A stretch of DNA of 64,000 nucleotides from Felis catus (GCF_018350175.1 NC_058368.1:89778001-89842000), one strand, 5' to 3'; shown: positions 1 through 14,233, counted from the stretch's first letter. A program made the numbers and translations. Notes: generated from the sequence alone by a model not told the origin.

Positions 1-952
1 GTAAAGAAACTCTCATGAGGTCCTTATTCCTTTTTACTATGCAGCAAATGGTAGGAAGCAGCAAAACAGCCAGGGGAATAAAAGAAAAGGCAAGTAATAT
101 GATATGGAGCAAGATTTTTCCACTGGGATTAACATAATAACTAGAAATTAGCTTTACTTTCAACTTGGGTGGATCCCATCTACCATACAAAAAAACAGGG
201 ATAATAAAAGAAATAGCAATTACCATTTATTAAATACAATATGTGTCCAGCAGGGTGCTAGTAGTTTCTTACTCATTATCTCAGGTATCTCTAATCTCAG
301 CCCTGGCTAGGTAGGCTTTACAGTAACTTTACAGAGGACAAAACACTCAGCAAAGTTAAGGAGATTGCCCCAAATCACACAACTTGTAAATGGCAAAGTC
401 ACAGGATTCCAAACTGAACTGTGTGACACCATATCCTATCTACTCCTCTACTCCGCACTGTAGTCCTCCAAATGCAGTGACTAATTCTAGCTTTTTTTTT
501 TGAGTCCAGGCTTTATTACTATCATGCGTACAAGCCCTGGGATGGCCAAAAAGGTGTCATTCCTTGGCAGTGGTATCCTGGACCCTGTGTTAAGCATAAT
601 ATGGTACCCCAGAATTTAGAGGGGAAAGCACCACAATCGTTTGTAACAGGAGAGTCCGTATGTAGGATTAACATAACTGCCTTTTATTTATTTACCCCCA
701 CTTTATCCAAAAATTTTGTTTAGGAATAAAGTATATTACACATAACATAGCAATAAAACAAATTTTAGGCAATGTATCTACCTAATTTATTATTTATTGA
801 CATTCAATTTTCCCAGAAAACTTTACAAGGGATACAATTATGTTTGCTCTTGTTCAAATACCATTTAATTGGTAGTGCAGTTTCCTAGCAAAATAAGTGT
901 TCTATTTTGTTTGTAGGGGGTTAAAGTCAGAAAAGAAGTCGAATCTGCACAC

Positions 953-1139
953 CTGAGTGATACCATGTTTCCGAGTTCTGCCGGTAAACTCCGGATTTTA
1001 TTAGAGGACAGGTCCAGATACACCAGATTGTGAAGCTTGGCAATGTCTGAAGGAATGCGGGACAGGGAATTGTCACTCAGATGCAAAGCTGTCAAGTGAG
1101 TTAGTGACCACAAAGATGAGCTTAAGCTTCTTACTTTTC
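953..1139 (-). CDS. CNOT6: CNOT6 coding exon (exon 3), leucine-rich repeat region, 187 nt
   Basis: Translates (G)KVRSLSSSLWSLTHLTALHLSDNSLSRIPSDIAKLHNLVYLDLSSNKIRSLPAELGNMVSL(R), the CCR4a LRRs. Acceptor ttttccttctcttacag|GA (AG at 1141-1140), donor CAG|GTGTGC (GT at 952-951). Its phase-1 start matches the end of exon 2. Confidence 0.97.
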
Positions 1140-2474
1140 CTGTAAGAGAAGGAAAAAATGGGGAAAGGATTATATGGTGTTGTCTACAATTTGATCCCTG
1201 GATCAAATAACATTTAGATGTTTCAATGAATAATAATCTATCTTTCAAAACATTGTGAGGAAGGGTTTAAAAGGAGAAAGCTTACCTATTCTAGGACAAC
1301 GTACTGCTATGATTAGGTTATAAGCTCTACTTAGCAAACTAAAAAAATCTCAGTGTTTAAAATGCATCATTGTTTTTTAAGAGCACAACAGCTAAGACTT
1401 TATCCTTTAAGGTTGCCTCAGCTACGACACGAAAGAAAGATATGAATGATTTATAGTAATGATAAATCTAGTATGTCACCACGATCAATTTGGATATGCA
1501 AAAAAAAAATCAAATCCTCTCTCGGAGGCTGTTCCTATCTATAGAAAACAAGAATTCTGCCTGCAAAAAAAAGGTAAACCATATATTCTCAGCTTAACAA
1601 AGTTTTAAGACCAGTGTACTCAAGTGTGATAACTGCATCAAGAATCATATAACTAAACAAAAGCTGTACTGAATAATTTACAAGCAAAAATACTTGCCCA
1701 GAAACATCAAAGATATGAAGTCATAATCAAACAGTAGTAGACCCCGGGTTCAGTAACTAAGAAAGTAATCTCTTTCAATGTAACATTAAATCAGTACTTT
1801 GGTACTTCTTGGTAAGATGACAATCATTTCTACAATCCATCTAAGAACTTTCCTCCAATCTCTTTAATGGTCTAAGATCTAGTCTGAGACAGAATGAAAC
1901 AAACAGATGTAATGGAAATACACTAGTCTTTGAGAACTGATTTTCTATCGGCTGAAAAAGCAATCTTAAGATTTCTAATCAAGGTGGAGTAACAGAGACC
2001 AAATTTACTATCCTACCTGAACAACTACCACACCAGACAATATATATGATCAACAAATTTCAACGATTAGACTTCAACCAGTGCAGAAGAGTGATCCCCA
2101 AATGATCACAAACAAGGCAGGCCTTACAACTGTCTCAGCTTCCTGGACTGCAACAGGTAGGAGATCCCAAGGGCAGCACAGTGATCTCCCCTAAGTTCTG
2201 GAGCAGGGAAGCCAAGATGACCAGAATTTACAAAGGCAGAGACAGTACCAGAGAGGAAGAGATAAACAAAGAAGTCTGGAGATGGGAAAAAGTTCCCCTC
2301 AAGTTTTCAGTATAAACATGTGAGAAATTGCCTGAGCCAGAAGGAAAAACACCCAAAAGAAGTAAAAACAATCCCCACATTTCCACAGAACTGAAGCTAG
2401 CTAGTGCTGCCAACTACCAGAAGGAAATGTATCATAACTCACAAGGTGCTGGACTTATTAGTGGTATAAAATCA

Positions 2475-2698
2475 GGGGCACCTGGGTGGCTCAGTTGGTT
2501 AGACGTCCAACTTTGACTCAGGTCATGATCTCACGGTCCATGAGTTCGAGCCCCGCATCAGGCTCTGTGCTGACAGCTCAGGGCCCGGAGCCTGCTTCGG
2601 ATTCTGTGTCTCCCTCTCTCTCTGCCCCTCACCCGCTCATGCTCTGTCTCTCTCTCTCTCTCTCTCTCAAAAATAAATAAAAACATTAAAAAAAAAAA
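2475..2698 (+). mobile_element. CanSINE (SINEC_Fc-like)
   Basis: ggggcacctgggtggctcag head, (CT)n tract, aataaa, poly(A); aaaatcag flanks both sides. Confidence 0.92.
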
Positions 2699-2920
2699 TC
2701 AGCCCTAAAGATTGCTCTGGTCTCACCTAAGAAAGTTTAAGAGCAAGCCTCAAAAGAACTAAACTGTTTCTGAGTAACCTAACTGTATCCCAAAATAAAG
2801 TTCAATACTGGTTATAGGAATACAAAAATATGCATTGCCCAACAGGGCAAAATTCACAATACAGCAACAAAACTACTCAAAATGAAAAGAGAGAAAAATA
2901 CTAGAAAAAAACACATGCAT

Positions 2921-3105
2921 GGGCACCTGTGTGGCGCAGTTGGTTAAGCATCCAACTCCCGATTTTGGCTCAGGTCATGATCTCACAGTTTGTGAGACCA
3001 AGCCTCACCTCAGGCTCTGCGCTAGCCTACTTTGGATTCTCTCTCTGTCCTGCCCCCACTCGTGCTCTCCCCCCCCCCCAAAATGAATAAAAATTTAAAA
3101 AAAAA
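2921..3105 (+). mobile_element. CanSINE
   Basis: tRNA-derived head, CT/C tract, A-rich tail. Confidence 0.85.
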
Positions 3106-4782
3106 CAACGTCCATGAACTCTTGGACAACTTTAAACAACCTAATATATATGTAATTGGAGTCCCCAAAATAGGGGAGTTGGGGACAGAAAAAAATATCT
3201 TAGGAAATAACCCCAAAAGATAACCAGATATCCACATGTTTTAACTTTTAAGAGTTAAACCTTTACCTTACACCATATACAAAAACTGACTCAAAAACTT
3301 TTGGAAGAAAACAGAGGCATTTACCTTCAAGACCTGAGATTATGCAATGGTTTGTTAGATAGGACACTAACAGCATAAGCAACAAAAAATATGTTAAACT
3401 GTACTTCACCAAAATTAAAACCTTTTGTGCCTCAAAGATCACCATCAACAAAGTGAAAAGTGTGTTCACACAGGAGAAACTATCTGAAAGTCATAAATTT
3501 AATAAGATATTTATATCTAGAATATATAAAGAACTGATACAACTCAGTAAGAAAAGACAAATAATTCAATTTATAAGTGGGCAAAGAACAGGCACTTCTC
3601 CAAAGAAGATACACAAGTGGCCAACAAGCACTTGAAAAGATGCTCATTATCACCAGCCATCAGAGAAAGGCAAATCAAAAACAACAATGATACGCTACTT
3701 CATACCCACTAAGATGACTATAATAAAAAAGACAGAGTATTGGCAAGGAGTAGAGAAACTAGAACCTTCACATACTGCTGGTGGAAATGTAAACTAACGA
3801 AGCCACTTTGGAAAATAGTATGGCAGTTCCTCAAAAAGGTTATACAAGTTACCACATGAGCCAGCAATTCATTCCGATGAATATGCCCAAAAGAAAGAAA
3901 AACACGTGTCCACACAAAAACTTAAATGCTCACTGCAGAATTATTCTTAAGAGTCAAGAAACAGAAACAATCCACATGTCTGTCAACAGATAAATAAAAT
4001 GTGGTATATTTAAACATAAGAAATATTAATACGTGTTAAAGCACGATTGAACCTTAAAAATAATTCGCTGAATGGAAAAAGCTAGTGACCACATATTACA
4101 TAATTCCATTTATTTGAAATGTCCAAGAGAGTAACAAATTCATTCAGACAGAAAAAAGATTAACGCTTTCAAGGTCTGGCTAGCTGAGGTGAAATGAAAG
4201 CTAATATGTATCGGGTTTCTTTTGGAGGCAATGAAAATGTTGTCAAAACTAATTGTGGTAATGGGTGCAAAACTCTGTGAATATACAAAACCACTGAATG
4301 TGCATTTAAGTGGATGAATTATGTGAATTATATCTTGGGCTATCACCAAAAAGAAAAAAAAAGAAGACAATGAAGAGATGCAAAAAATTTTCTACTTTTC
4401 ATGAAAACTATAAACCTAGACACAAAAAGCTCAATGAACCCCCAAGTACATGAAAACTCCACGAAGAATAAAAAAGAAAACTACAGGAAGGCACATCTTA
4501 ATCAAATGGCTTAAAACAAATGATAAACAGAAAATCTTAAAAGCTGCAAAAGGAAAAATAATTACACAGAGAAACAAAGATAAAATGTCTGCAGACTTTT
4601 ACTTGTGAACAGTACGAGAGAGATGACAAGCAGAGCAAAATCTTTAATATACTGAAAGAAAAAAAATACTATGAACCTAGCAACCCAGTAAAAATACCTT
4701 TCAAAAAAGAAGACAAGTTAGAAGATGAAAAGAGCTACAGAGATGGATGGTAGAGACGGCTGCACAACATTATGAGTGTTTT

Positions 4783-4884
4783 GTTTTTTTTTTAATTAAG
4801 TGTATTTTAAGAGAGAACGAGCACAAGCAGGGTAGGGGCAGAAAGAGAGGGGGGAGACGGGGGGGGGGGGAGGGAGGGAGGGGG

Positions 4885-4935
<51 letters not shown>

Positions 4936-5058
4936 TATCCCAAAAAGGCTCCACACTGTCAGCGTAGAACCTGATGCAGGGCTTGCACTCATGAGCCTTG
5001 AGATCATGACCTGAGCTGAAACCAAGGAGGACGCTTAACTGAGTCACCCAGGTACTCC
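4783..5058 (-). mobile_element. CanSINE with expanded (GA)n
   Basis: Reverse-complement SINE: T-run, (GA)n at 4887-4930, head at ~5058. Confidence 0.85.
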
Positions 5059-7397
5059 TGAACATATTTGATAAAAACCTTCCCACAAAGAAAATTCTTG
5101 AACCAGAAAGGCTCATTGGTGAATACAACCAAATATTTAAGGAATAACTATAACAATTCTACACAAACTGATCCAGAAACGTGAAAGCAAGAAGATCCTT
5201 TCGAACTCATTCTATGTGGCCAACATCACTCTGATACCAAAACCAGATAAAACTAGTACCAAAAAAACTACAAATCAAATCCTTCATGAACAAGAATGCA
5301 AATTTTAACAAATCAAATTCAACAATAGATTAAAAAGATAATGACCAAGTAAGACTTGCGCTAGGAAATTCAAGGTTTGTTAAACATTCAAAATAATTTT
5401 TCAAAAAACTTTTTTAGAAAAGAAAATCATATACACAGATGTAAAAAAGCATATGACAAAATCAACATTTAAAAATCAGCATTTAATCAAATCAAATCCT
5501 GATTTAAAAAAAAAAGCTTGCTTGTAAGCTAAGAACAGAACTTCCTAAATCTTGAAGAAGGGTATGTATAAGAAGGTTAGTGGTAAGGGAATGAACACTT
5601 TCCTCCCGAGATCAGAAACAAAGCAAGATACGTCCACTATCACCATTCCCAATCAAAATTATGCTGGAAGTTTTAGCCTGTGCAATAAGAAAAAAAGTCG
5701 AAAGAAGTCAAGTCATGGTTATCTGCAAATGGCACAATCATCATGTAAAATCCTAAGAATCTACAAAAATACCACCAATAAATGAGTTTAGCAAGGTTGT
5801 AGGATAAAGTATCAATATACAAAATATCTACTGTATTTTTATATACAGCAATGCATAATCAGAAACATATTTACAATAACATTTACATTAGTACCAAATT
5901 ACAAAGTAGAGGAAAATATGACAAAAATATGTGTAGGACCAATATATTAAAAACTACAAAACACCCTGAAAGCAAGTAAAGAAGTCCTAAAGAAGCAGAG
6001 AGATATACAGTGTTCACAGATCAGAAGATTTAATGTTGTTAAGATATTAGATCTCCCCCAAATTGGTTTAGAGTCAACACAATCACAATCAAAATGCCAG
6101 CATGTCTGAAAATGGCAAATGGATTCTAAAATTTGCATGGAAATTCAAAGGCCTTATAAAATTCAAAACAACTCTGAAAAAGAGGCTGGAAGACTAAAAC
6201 TACCTGATTTTAGAAATTATATAAAGAACTCTCAAAACTCAGTAATAACAATCCAATTTTCAAAACAGGAAAAACATCTAAATAGACACTTCACCAAAGA
6301 AGACATACAGCTGGTAAATAATCATATGAAAAAATGCTCAACATCAGCATCATTAGGGAAATGAAAATTAAAACCGCAATGAGATACCACTACAAACCCA
6401 AAAGAGTGGCTAAAATTAAAAAGACTTGACAAGTGTTGGTGAGGATATGGATCAAAGATATCTAGTAAGAATGTAAAATGAGACAACCTCTTTGCAAAAT
6501 AGTTTGAGGTTTTTAAAAAGTTAAACCTTACCTACCTTATGATCAATTTCATTCTTAGGTATTTGCCCAAGAAAAATGAAAGTTATATCCTCTATAAAGA
6601 AGTGTACATAAAGCTTTATTTGTAGAAATTATCAAATATTTTCATCAACAAAGAAATGGATAAATAAATGCTGGCATATACAAATAATAGGATACTACTC
6701 CGTAATAAAAAGTATGAACTATTAAAAACCAACTGCATGGATGAATATCAAAATAAGTAGCAAAACTAAACAACAACAACAAAAAGTACATACTGTATTA
6801 CTTCTTTTAAATAAAAATTCTACAAAATGTAAACCAATCCTATGGTTAAAGAAAACAGAACAGCAATTACCTGGGATTGGGGGAAGGGACAGAGAAATGA
6901 AGGAGGTAGAGAAAGGAATTACAAATTTAGGGGAATGATAGAGATGTCCCTTGAATGTGGTGATGGTTTCAAGGATGTATAGATGTCCAAATATATCACA
7001 TTATTCACTTTGCATACATGCTGATTATTACATGTCAACTTAAATCAATACAGCTATGCAATAAAATCTATCTTGGTCTAAGAAAGTATTTTTCCTTACT
7101 GTGTAATAATTACAGTAGAAACCACATCATTTCCTATTTGTAAAACAAATTTATTTACTTTTCAGTTCATAAAACTAAAGCACACAGCTAACAGTCAATA
7201 TAAATAAATAAAGCACTTAAAATATCACAAACTACTTATTGGGTACATGTCTTAACATATGTTTCAGCCTCAAGATAACACTTAACAAAAGAAGGTAGAA
7301 GGGTTTGAGAAATACATTTTTATACCTCAACTTAATAGGAAGGATACAAAATTAATTCTCAAGAAAGTAGGCAGAAAGAAAACCAAGAAGAAAGGAT

Positions 7398-7595
7398 GAG
7401 GGGCTGGGTGGCTCAGTTGGTTAAGCATCCAACTCTTCATTTTGGCTCAGGTCATGATCTCATGGTTTGTGGGTTCAGACTCTGCACTGGACTCTGCACT
7501 GACAGTGCGGGGCCTGCTTGGGATTCTCTCTCTATTCCTGTCTCTCCGCCCCCACTCCTGTCTCTCTCTCAAAAATAAACATTAAAAAAAAATTT
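7398..7595 (+). mobile_element. CanSINE
   Basis: gggtggctcagttggttaagc head, ctcaggtcatgatctc, CT tract, A tail. Confidence 0.85.
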
Positions 7596-7862
7596 TAATC
7601 AAGTATAAGGAGTCATGTATTAAATCAATCATACAAGATTTAAGGGAGAGGGAAAGGAGGAATCAGATCTCTACCATACACAGATAAGTAACACAAATAA
7701 ATTTCTAAATGCCAAAAAACCAGAAAAGTAATGGAAGAGATTATTTCTAAAAATAACTCAAACCCAAGATTCCAAAAACTGTCAGGTTTGAGTACATTAA
7801 AATTTAAAACCTCTCTAATGTGGAGATGCCAACAAGTACAGCAGCCAAAGAGATAATATTCA

Positions 7863-8058
7863 GGGACACCCAGGTGGCTCAGTCAGGTAAGCATCCAACT
7901 CTTGATTTCGGCTCAGGTCATGATCTCGTGGTTGTGAGACTGAGCCCCACATAAGGCTCCGTGCACAGATCTGCATAGGGCTCCACGCTGGACATGGAGC
8001 CTGCTTCAGATTCTATCCCTCTCCCTCGGCCACTCCCTGCATGAGTGCCTGCTCTCTC

Positions 8059-8095
<37 letters not shown>
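7863..8095 (+). mobile_element. CanSINE with long poly(A)
   Basis: SINE head, internal duplicated segment, A-run at 8063-8095. Confidence 0.85.
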
Positions 8096-8096
<1 letters not shown>

Positions 8097-8904
8097 AGAG
8101 AGAGAGAGATAACATTCATTTATTCGGTCAACTTTCAGTGACTAGTAAGCTGGTGTGGGGACAGAACAGTAAATATAAAGTCCTCAAGAAAAAAGGGTTA
8201 GTTATAAAAAAATGTTTATTTCAATAATAAAACATATGCAAATTTAAACAAAGTAGTCACTTCTACTTATGCAAATAACAAAATAAGATTAGTATCCAAT
8301 ATTCACAAGGCTAAGAGGGTTGAGACACCTTCATTAATTATGGGGAAAAACACAACTATATTTTGAAACCAATCCTGAAATAGCTACTAAAAAATTTAAA
8401 TGTGAATATCCTTTGCCCCATCACAATTCCTCAATTAGATTAAAACTCTACTGGTAGAACTATGTAACCTAAGAAATTAAGGTTCTTAATTTTTGAGAAT
8501 AAAAGAGAGTCACCTTTTGAAATTCTGAGGATATCTATTTACTTCTCCATAAAATTGTACATATTCCTCTGCATCCAAAAATGTGCATTCAATTTTAAGC
8601 AGCTTTGTGACTTGAGAAATGCTGAGATTATCCTGACCTAAATTAAGAGCTGTGTTTTGAGAAGTAATTTCATTCTAACATATCCAGAATCTTTTATTTG
8701 TTAAATACTAAGAGACAGGGGGAATCTAACTAGTGTTCCCTCAAATCAGAGGGGCGATTAGCAAACTCTAGGGACCAGGTATAATTAACATCCCTATGAA
8801 GAAATCAAAATTGCTACCTCTACATTTGCAGATTTAGAGAAAGCAAGGAAGAAAACATCTTGACTTGAATCTTTAAAACTGACATTTTAGAAGAAAAGGG
8901 AATT

Positions 8905-9535
8905 ATACTTATCTCCATTATTCCCAGATTCTGTATCTGTGAATTCCCCTATCCCCTCCAGTTTACTTGTAACTCCAAATGCAATTCTTGTATTTCTGTT
9001 ACACTCATTCACAAACATGCACAGAGAAGCAAAAAACTGTAGTCACCCAGAACAGTTCCCAGATGAGGTCCAACAAGGTAACACTCTGGCTTCTTGCTCC
9101 ACTTTTCACAATGCGAACAAGTGTCTTCTTCATAATTTAGTGCTATATTTGTTTTTGCATATTTGTTTTTTGCGTATTTGTGCTTTTTGTGGGTGAATTT
9201 GAGGTTTTAAATGGCCCCAAAGCATGGGGCTGAAATGCCAGCTGCAAGGCTATGAGGTGTCTAGTGTTTGAGCTAAGTTTCCCTCAGGCATTTGTTAGTG
9301 TCCAAGAGTTCAAGGTTAATGAGTTGACAATATACATTAAATAAGGTGTCTTTAAACATAAACACACATAAAACAAGCTTATGTATTGACTAGTTGATGA
9401 AAAGTGTTGTGACTAGAGGTTCACAGGAACCTAACCATGTATCTCCTCTCGGAGCAATGCTTCAGTACTTGCTAATTCCATGCTCAAGGTGACCATATAG
9501 AGCATAACTACTGTGAATAACAAGAATCCACTGTA
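8905..9535. mobile_element. Tigger-family (Tc1/mariner) non-autonomous DNA transposon
   Basis: Right end ...tgtgaataacaagaatccactg|ta resembles a Tigger TIR plus TA; left end degenerate. Confidence 0.55.
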
Positions 9536-10261
9536 ACTGGAAACGGTGGCCATTTGAAATTTTCCCCACTCACAACTCCTGATGAAGTTAAAGACCAGGA
9601 TTTCGGGGTCATGGTAAGGTAAACTTCACAAAAGGAAGAGGACTGTGCTGTGAGAATGGCAAATTGGATTAAGAAGAAGAAGAAGAGAGACCCGATTAAA
9701 TTACATGAAGGGCACTAAGGAGAACATTTGGCAGATTAAATCCATTGATAGTGCTTAATTTAAAAATAGCAAAGTTGATGGGGAAGGAAACGGCCTTAAC
9801 AGGGCATGTGAGTTAACAAATGGAAGTTTCAATCCGTGAAGGAAAACACATCTGCAAAGGTACCCTCATCAAACTTTGGTGGGAAAGAATTCAGGTCTTA
9901 AATGCAAGTAAAGAATGTCGCTTGTTCAAATTAAAGAGATCTAGTTTAAGTAAAAGAAGATTAGGCCTGGAGGTAAAAAGCCTAGAACCTGAGAATGCAA
10001 AGACTGAGGTGAGTATTAGAAAAAAGGCAAAAGAACAAAGAAAGGTGAGAATATCAGGCTCAAAACAGAATGACAGTGGAGGTGGTGTGATGCAGATGAA
10101 GAAAGGGCTGAACTCAGGTAAGGGGACTCACAATAGTCTGTGCTCTACCACTAAGGGGCTCCACCATCTGGTTAACTGACCTTAATAAAAGGAAGTGTTT
10201 GTTGCGAAGCTCAGTCAGTAACATCCGAACCGGTTACACCTTTTGCACTTTTCTAACTTCA

Positions 10262-10605
10262 TTTTTTTAAGATTTTATTTTTAAGTAATCTGCACACCCA
10301 ACATGGGGCTTGAACTCACAACTTCAAGATCAAGAGTCAAATGACTGAGCCAGCTAGGTGCCCTGTTAATAAATTTATTTTTATTATTATTTAAAAAAAT
10401 TTTTTTAACGTTTATTTATTCCTGAGACAGAGAGAGACAGAGCATGAGTGGGGGAGGGGCAGAGAGAGAGGGAGATACAGAATCAGAAGCAAGCTCCAGG
10501 TTCTGAGCTGTCAGCACAGAGCCCGATGCAGGGCTTGAACTCACAAACCGTGAGATCATGACCTGAGCCGAAGTTGGTCGCTCAACCGAGCCACGCAGGC
10601 GCCCC
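10262..10605 (-). mobile_element. Two adjacent CanSINEs (10262-10363 and ~10385-10605)
   Basis: Two reverse-complement heads (ggtgccc at ~10363, ggcgcccc at ~10605). The second is flanked by the direct repeat taataaatttatttt. Confidence 0.88.
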
Positions 10606-11009
10606 TAATAAATTTATTTTTAAATGAACATGCTTATTATATAATTCAACACTGTTTAAAAATACCAAATCCCATCACCTGGTGTAACTACCATTATATC
10701 ACATTCGTGTTAATATAAAAAAAAACAGGAAACAAAATTAAACTACACATGATTCCTTAATGTGATTTAAAAAAAAAAAAGAAAAAAATTAAAAAATGAT
10801 GGAACCATAGAACTTTTGTTTGCTATAAAAGATTTTCTAAAACTGATCTAAGATTAACAGATTCTAAAAACATTAAAGGTTACAAATCTTAGTTTTAACT
10901 GCATGTTTTGCTTTTAAACTTGATTGCCTACAATGAAAGTGAAACAGACCATCATTGTACATTTCCCCCATCCACTCATTACATACTTTTTCTATCAAAA
11001 GCTTGTATC

Positions 11010-12660
11010 ATCTCCAAGGAAGATAAGTAAATGGTCAATAAATACACGCAAAGATGCTCAATTTCATGAACCATCAAGGAAACCCTAATCAAAGCCACAA
11101 TGCTTCTTTCATGCCCACTACGATGGCTAAATCAAAAACACATATGTAACAATTGTTGCCAAGGAGTGGAGAAATTGTAACACTTGTACAAGGTGGTTTA
11201 GAATGTAGAATGATGCAGAAACTTTCAGAACAGTCTGGCAGTTACTCAAAAAGTTAAACATTTACCATATGATCTAGTAATTCCACTCCTAAGTACCTAC
11301 CTGACAGAAATGAAAATGCCCACAAAGAAACTTGTACACAAATGTTCACAGCAGTATTATTCTTAGAGCCAAAAAGTAGAAACAATCTGTGATGCTTTGA
11401 TTTATAACAAAAAATATACATTTGATCTTCACCTCTGTTTCCAGAATGGAGCTCCTAAAATCCTTGGAATTTCTGAAGTGATTAAAACAGTAAAGGTGTC
11501 TTTTATTACAGGTGCTCCTTTCAAGGACACCAGAGTTTAACCTTAAATGAGGTGACTTTTTTAATGCCCCCATAAATGGGGACTTGTTGCCAGGGACACC
11601 AAGCAGGATTAGAGAATTGAAATTTTCAGTTCCCACCAGCCCCCATCCCCAACCACCAGGGAGAAGAGAGGGGGGAGAAGTTGTACCAATCACCAGATTT
11701 AATCAACCGTGCCTAACGAAGCCTCTGAGGGAATCTGTTAAGTACGGAGTTCTGAGCTTTCAAGAGTAGGGAACACAGGGAGGTATGGGGAAGGCGAGGG
11801 GTCTGGAAAGAGCATGGAAGTTTCTTACCTATTCCCTACACCTTGCTCTATGGGATCTCTTCCATTGGCTGTTCCTGAGGTTTTATAATAAGCCAGTAAT
11901 CTAGTAAGTAAACTCTTCTCCTGGTTCTGTGAGCTGATAATAGCAAATTAATTAAACCCAAGGAGAGGATGATCCTGGGAACCTCTGGATTTGTAGCTCC
12001 TCAACTGAAAGCACAAGATAACCTGGACTTGTGACTAGTGTCTGAAGTTGAGGGGAGCAGTTCCATGGGACTGAACCCTTAACTTGTGGTACCCGACACT
12101 AGTGTCAGAATTGAGTTCAATTATAGGACACCCAGCTGAGGTGGTGTCACAGAATTGCTTTAAGTGTAGAAAACCAGCACATCCAGTGTTGAAGTAAAGT
12201 AGTATTGTAGTAGAGTACTGAGTAGACAAGACACACAGGAGTGTGTTTTTACACAGATAAATAAATACAATTCCATGTGTGATATCCACACATGGAACAT
12301 TATTCAGCCACTAAAAGGAATGAAGTACTAATACATGCTACAACACGGATGAATCTTGAAAACATTACCCTAAGTATTAAGAAGGCAGTCACAAAGACCA
12401 CAAGAAAATGTTTGGAACAGGCAAATCTATAGATGTAGAAAATAAACTACTGGCTACCTAGGGCTAGGGGACCGGAAGGAAATGGGAAGTGACTGCTAAT
12501 GAGTATAGGGTTTCTTTTGGGGTGCTAAAAATGTTTTAAAAGTGAATGTGATAATGGTTGCACACCTGTGAATAAACGAAAACCCATTGACTGTGCACTT
12601 TAATGAATTATAGGATATGAGAATTATATCTCAATAAAACAGTTACATAAAAAAGTTTAT
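11010..12660 (+). mobile_element. Old L1M 3' end, split by an LTR
   Basis: L1 3'UTR motifs on both sides of 11388-12255 (aacttgtacacaaatgttcacagcag; ctaaaaggaatgaagtactaatacatgctacaac). Confidence 0.75.
11388..12255 (+). mobile_element. Solo LTR (MER21-like)
   Basis: TG...CA bounded ~870-bp insert interrupting L1; internal motifs recalled from the MER21 group. Confidence 0.65.
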
Positions 12661-12845
12661 AGCATAACAGAGAACAAAGCACAAAATAACATATGCAAAA
12701 CAATTTGCATGTATACAATAATTAGATGAAAAAGTAACAGAAGATTCTATTCATAAGAAGAACCAGAAGGTAAAATACCTATGAATAAATCTACCAAGAA
12801 GTATATAGGACTTCTACAAAAAAACAAATGGAAAGACATCCTATA

Positions 12846-13055
12846 GGGAAGCCTGGGTGGCTAAGTTGATTAAGCATCTGACTTCAGGTCATATTACAGT
12901 TTGTGAGTTTGAGACCCACATTGGGCACTGCACTGATAGCTCAGAGCCTGCAGCCTGCTTCGGATTCTGTGTCTCCCTCTCTTTCTGCCCCTCCCTGCTT
13001 GTGCTCTCTTTCTCTCTCAAAAATAAATAAGCAAACATTAAAAAAAAAAAAAAAA
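12846..13055 (+). mobile_element. CanSINE
   Basis: Head, CT tract, poly(A); flanked by similar aagacatccta/aaagtatccta. Confidence 0.88.
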
Positions 13056-13380
13056 GTATCCTACAAATCACCCTAATTTATAAAACAACATGATCATGAT
13101 AAAAATGCCAGGACCAGATAAGTTGATTCTGAATTTCATTGTTGAAAAAAGTTGCCAACTATCATCTGTCAAAATTATAAACACATACACCCTTTTGACC
13201 TACATATACATTAGAAAGGATGCAAAACAATCTACAAGGTTATTCACTGTAGCAGTGGTTTGTCATAGACTGAACATCAATAGAGTACTACTTAAATAAG
13301 TTACAGGGGTGCCTTGAGCCCTTCATCGGGCTACACACATGGAACCTAGTTGAGATTCTTTCTTTCTCTCTCTCGAAAAT

Positions 13381-14104
13381 GGGAAGGGAGAGGGAGAGGG
13401 AAGGAGGGAGAGGGAAGGAGGGAGAGGGAAGGAGGGAGAGGGAAGGTGGGAGAGGGAAGGAGGGAGAGGGAAAGAGGGAGAGGGAAAGAGGGAGAGGGAA
13501 GGAGGGAAGGAGGGAGAGGGAAGGAGGGAAGGAGGGAGAGGGAAGGAGGGGGAGGGAGAGGGAAGGAGGGGGAGGGAGAGGGAAGGAGGGGGAGGGAAGG
13601 AGGGAAGGAGGGAAGGAGGGAAGGAGGGAGAGGGAAGGAGGGAAGGAGGGAGAGGGAAGGAGGGAAGGAGGGAGAGGGAAGGAGGGAAGGAGGGAGAGGG
13701 AAGGAGGGAAGGAGGGAGAGGGAAGGAGGGAAGGAGGGAGAGGGAAGGAGGGAGAGGGAAGGAGGGAAGGAGGGAGAGGGAAGGAGGGAAGGAGGGAGAG
13801 GGAAGGAGGGAAGGAGGGAGAGGGAAGGAGGGAAGGAGGGAGAGGGAAGGAGGGAAGGAGGGAGAGGGAAGGAGGGAAGGAGGGAGAGGGAAGGAGGGAA
13901 GGAGGGAGAGGGAAGGAGGGAAGGAGGGAGAGGGAAGGAGGGAAGGAGGGAAGGAGGGAAGGAGGGAAGGAGGGAGAGGGAAGGAGGGAAGGAGGGAGAG
14001 GGAAGGAGGGAAGGAGGGAGAGGGAAGGAGGGAAGGAGGGAGAGGGAAGGAGGGAAGGAGGGAAGGAGGGAAGGAGGGAAGGAGGGAGAGGGAAGGACGG
14101 AGGA
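13381..14104 (+). repeat. Purine minisatellite of GGGAAGGA and GGGAGA units, at the tail of a truncated SINE (13306-13380)
   Basis: About 720 bp containing only one T (13447) and one C (14098); recurrent 22-mer GGGAAGGAGGGAAGGAGGGAGA. Confidence 0.95.
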
Positions 14105-14233
14105 AAAATTACAGTGATAAGAGAACTATCTATTATTTAGAATCTCTCCACAGTACAATGTTACATGGGAAAAAAAGCAAAGTGCAGAAATTTGTACATA
14201 ATACACTATCTTTTGAATTAAAAATAAGGTGTA

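Larger units (their letters stand above)
1975..7050 (+). mobile_element. Mosaic of old L1 (L1M-type) fragments interrupted by SINEs
   Basis: Degenerate ORF1-like (NFKQPNIYVIGVP, 3130-3170), ORF2-like (catcactctgataccaaaaccagata ~5225) and 3'UTR-like segments; A-rich plus strand. Confidence 0.75.

Noticed and set aside
865..1248. 127-aa ORF as a standalone LRR gene
   Set aside because: Only 953-1139 is exon; the flanks are intron read-through.
13350..14140. 255-aa and 253-aa G/E/R/K-rich ORFs
   Set aside because: A purine-only repeat cannot contain stop codons; no coding evidence.
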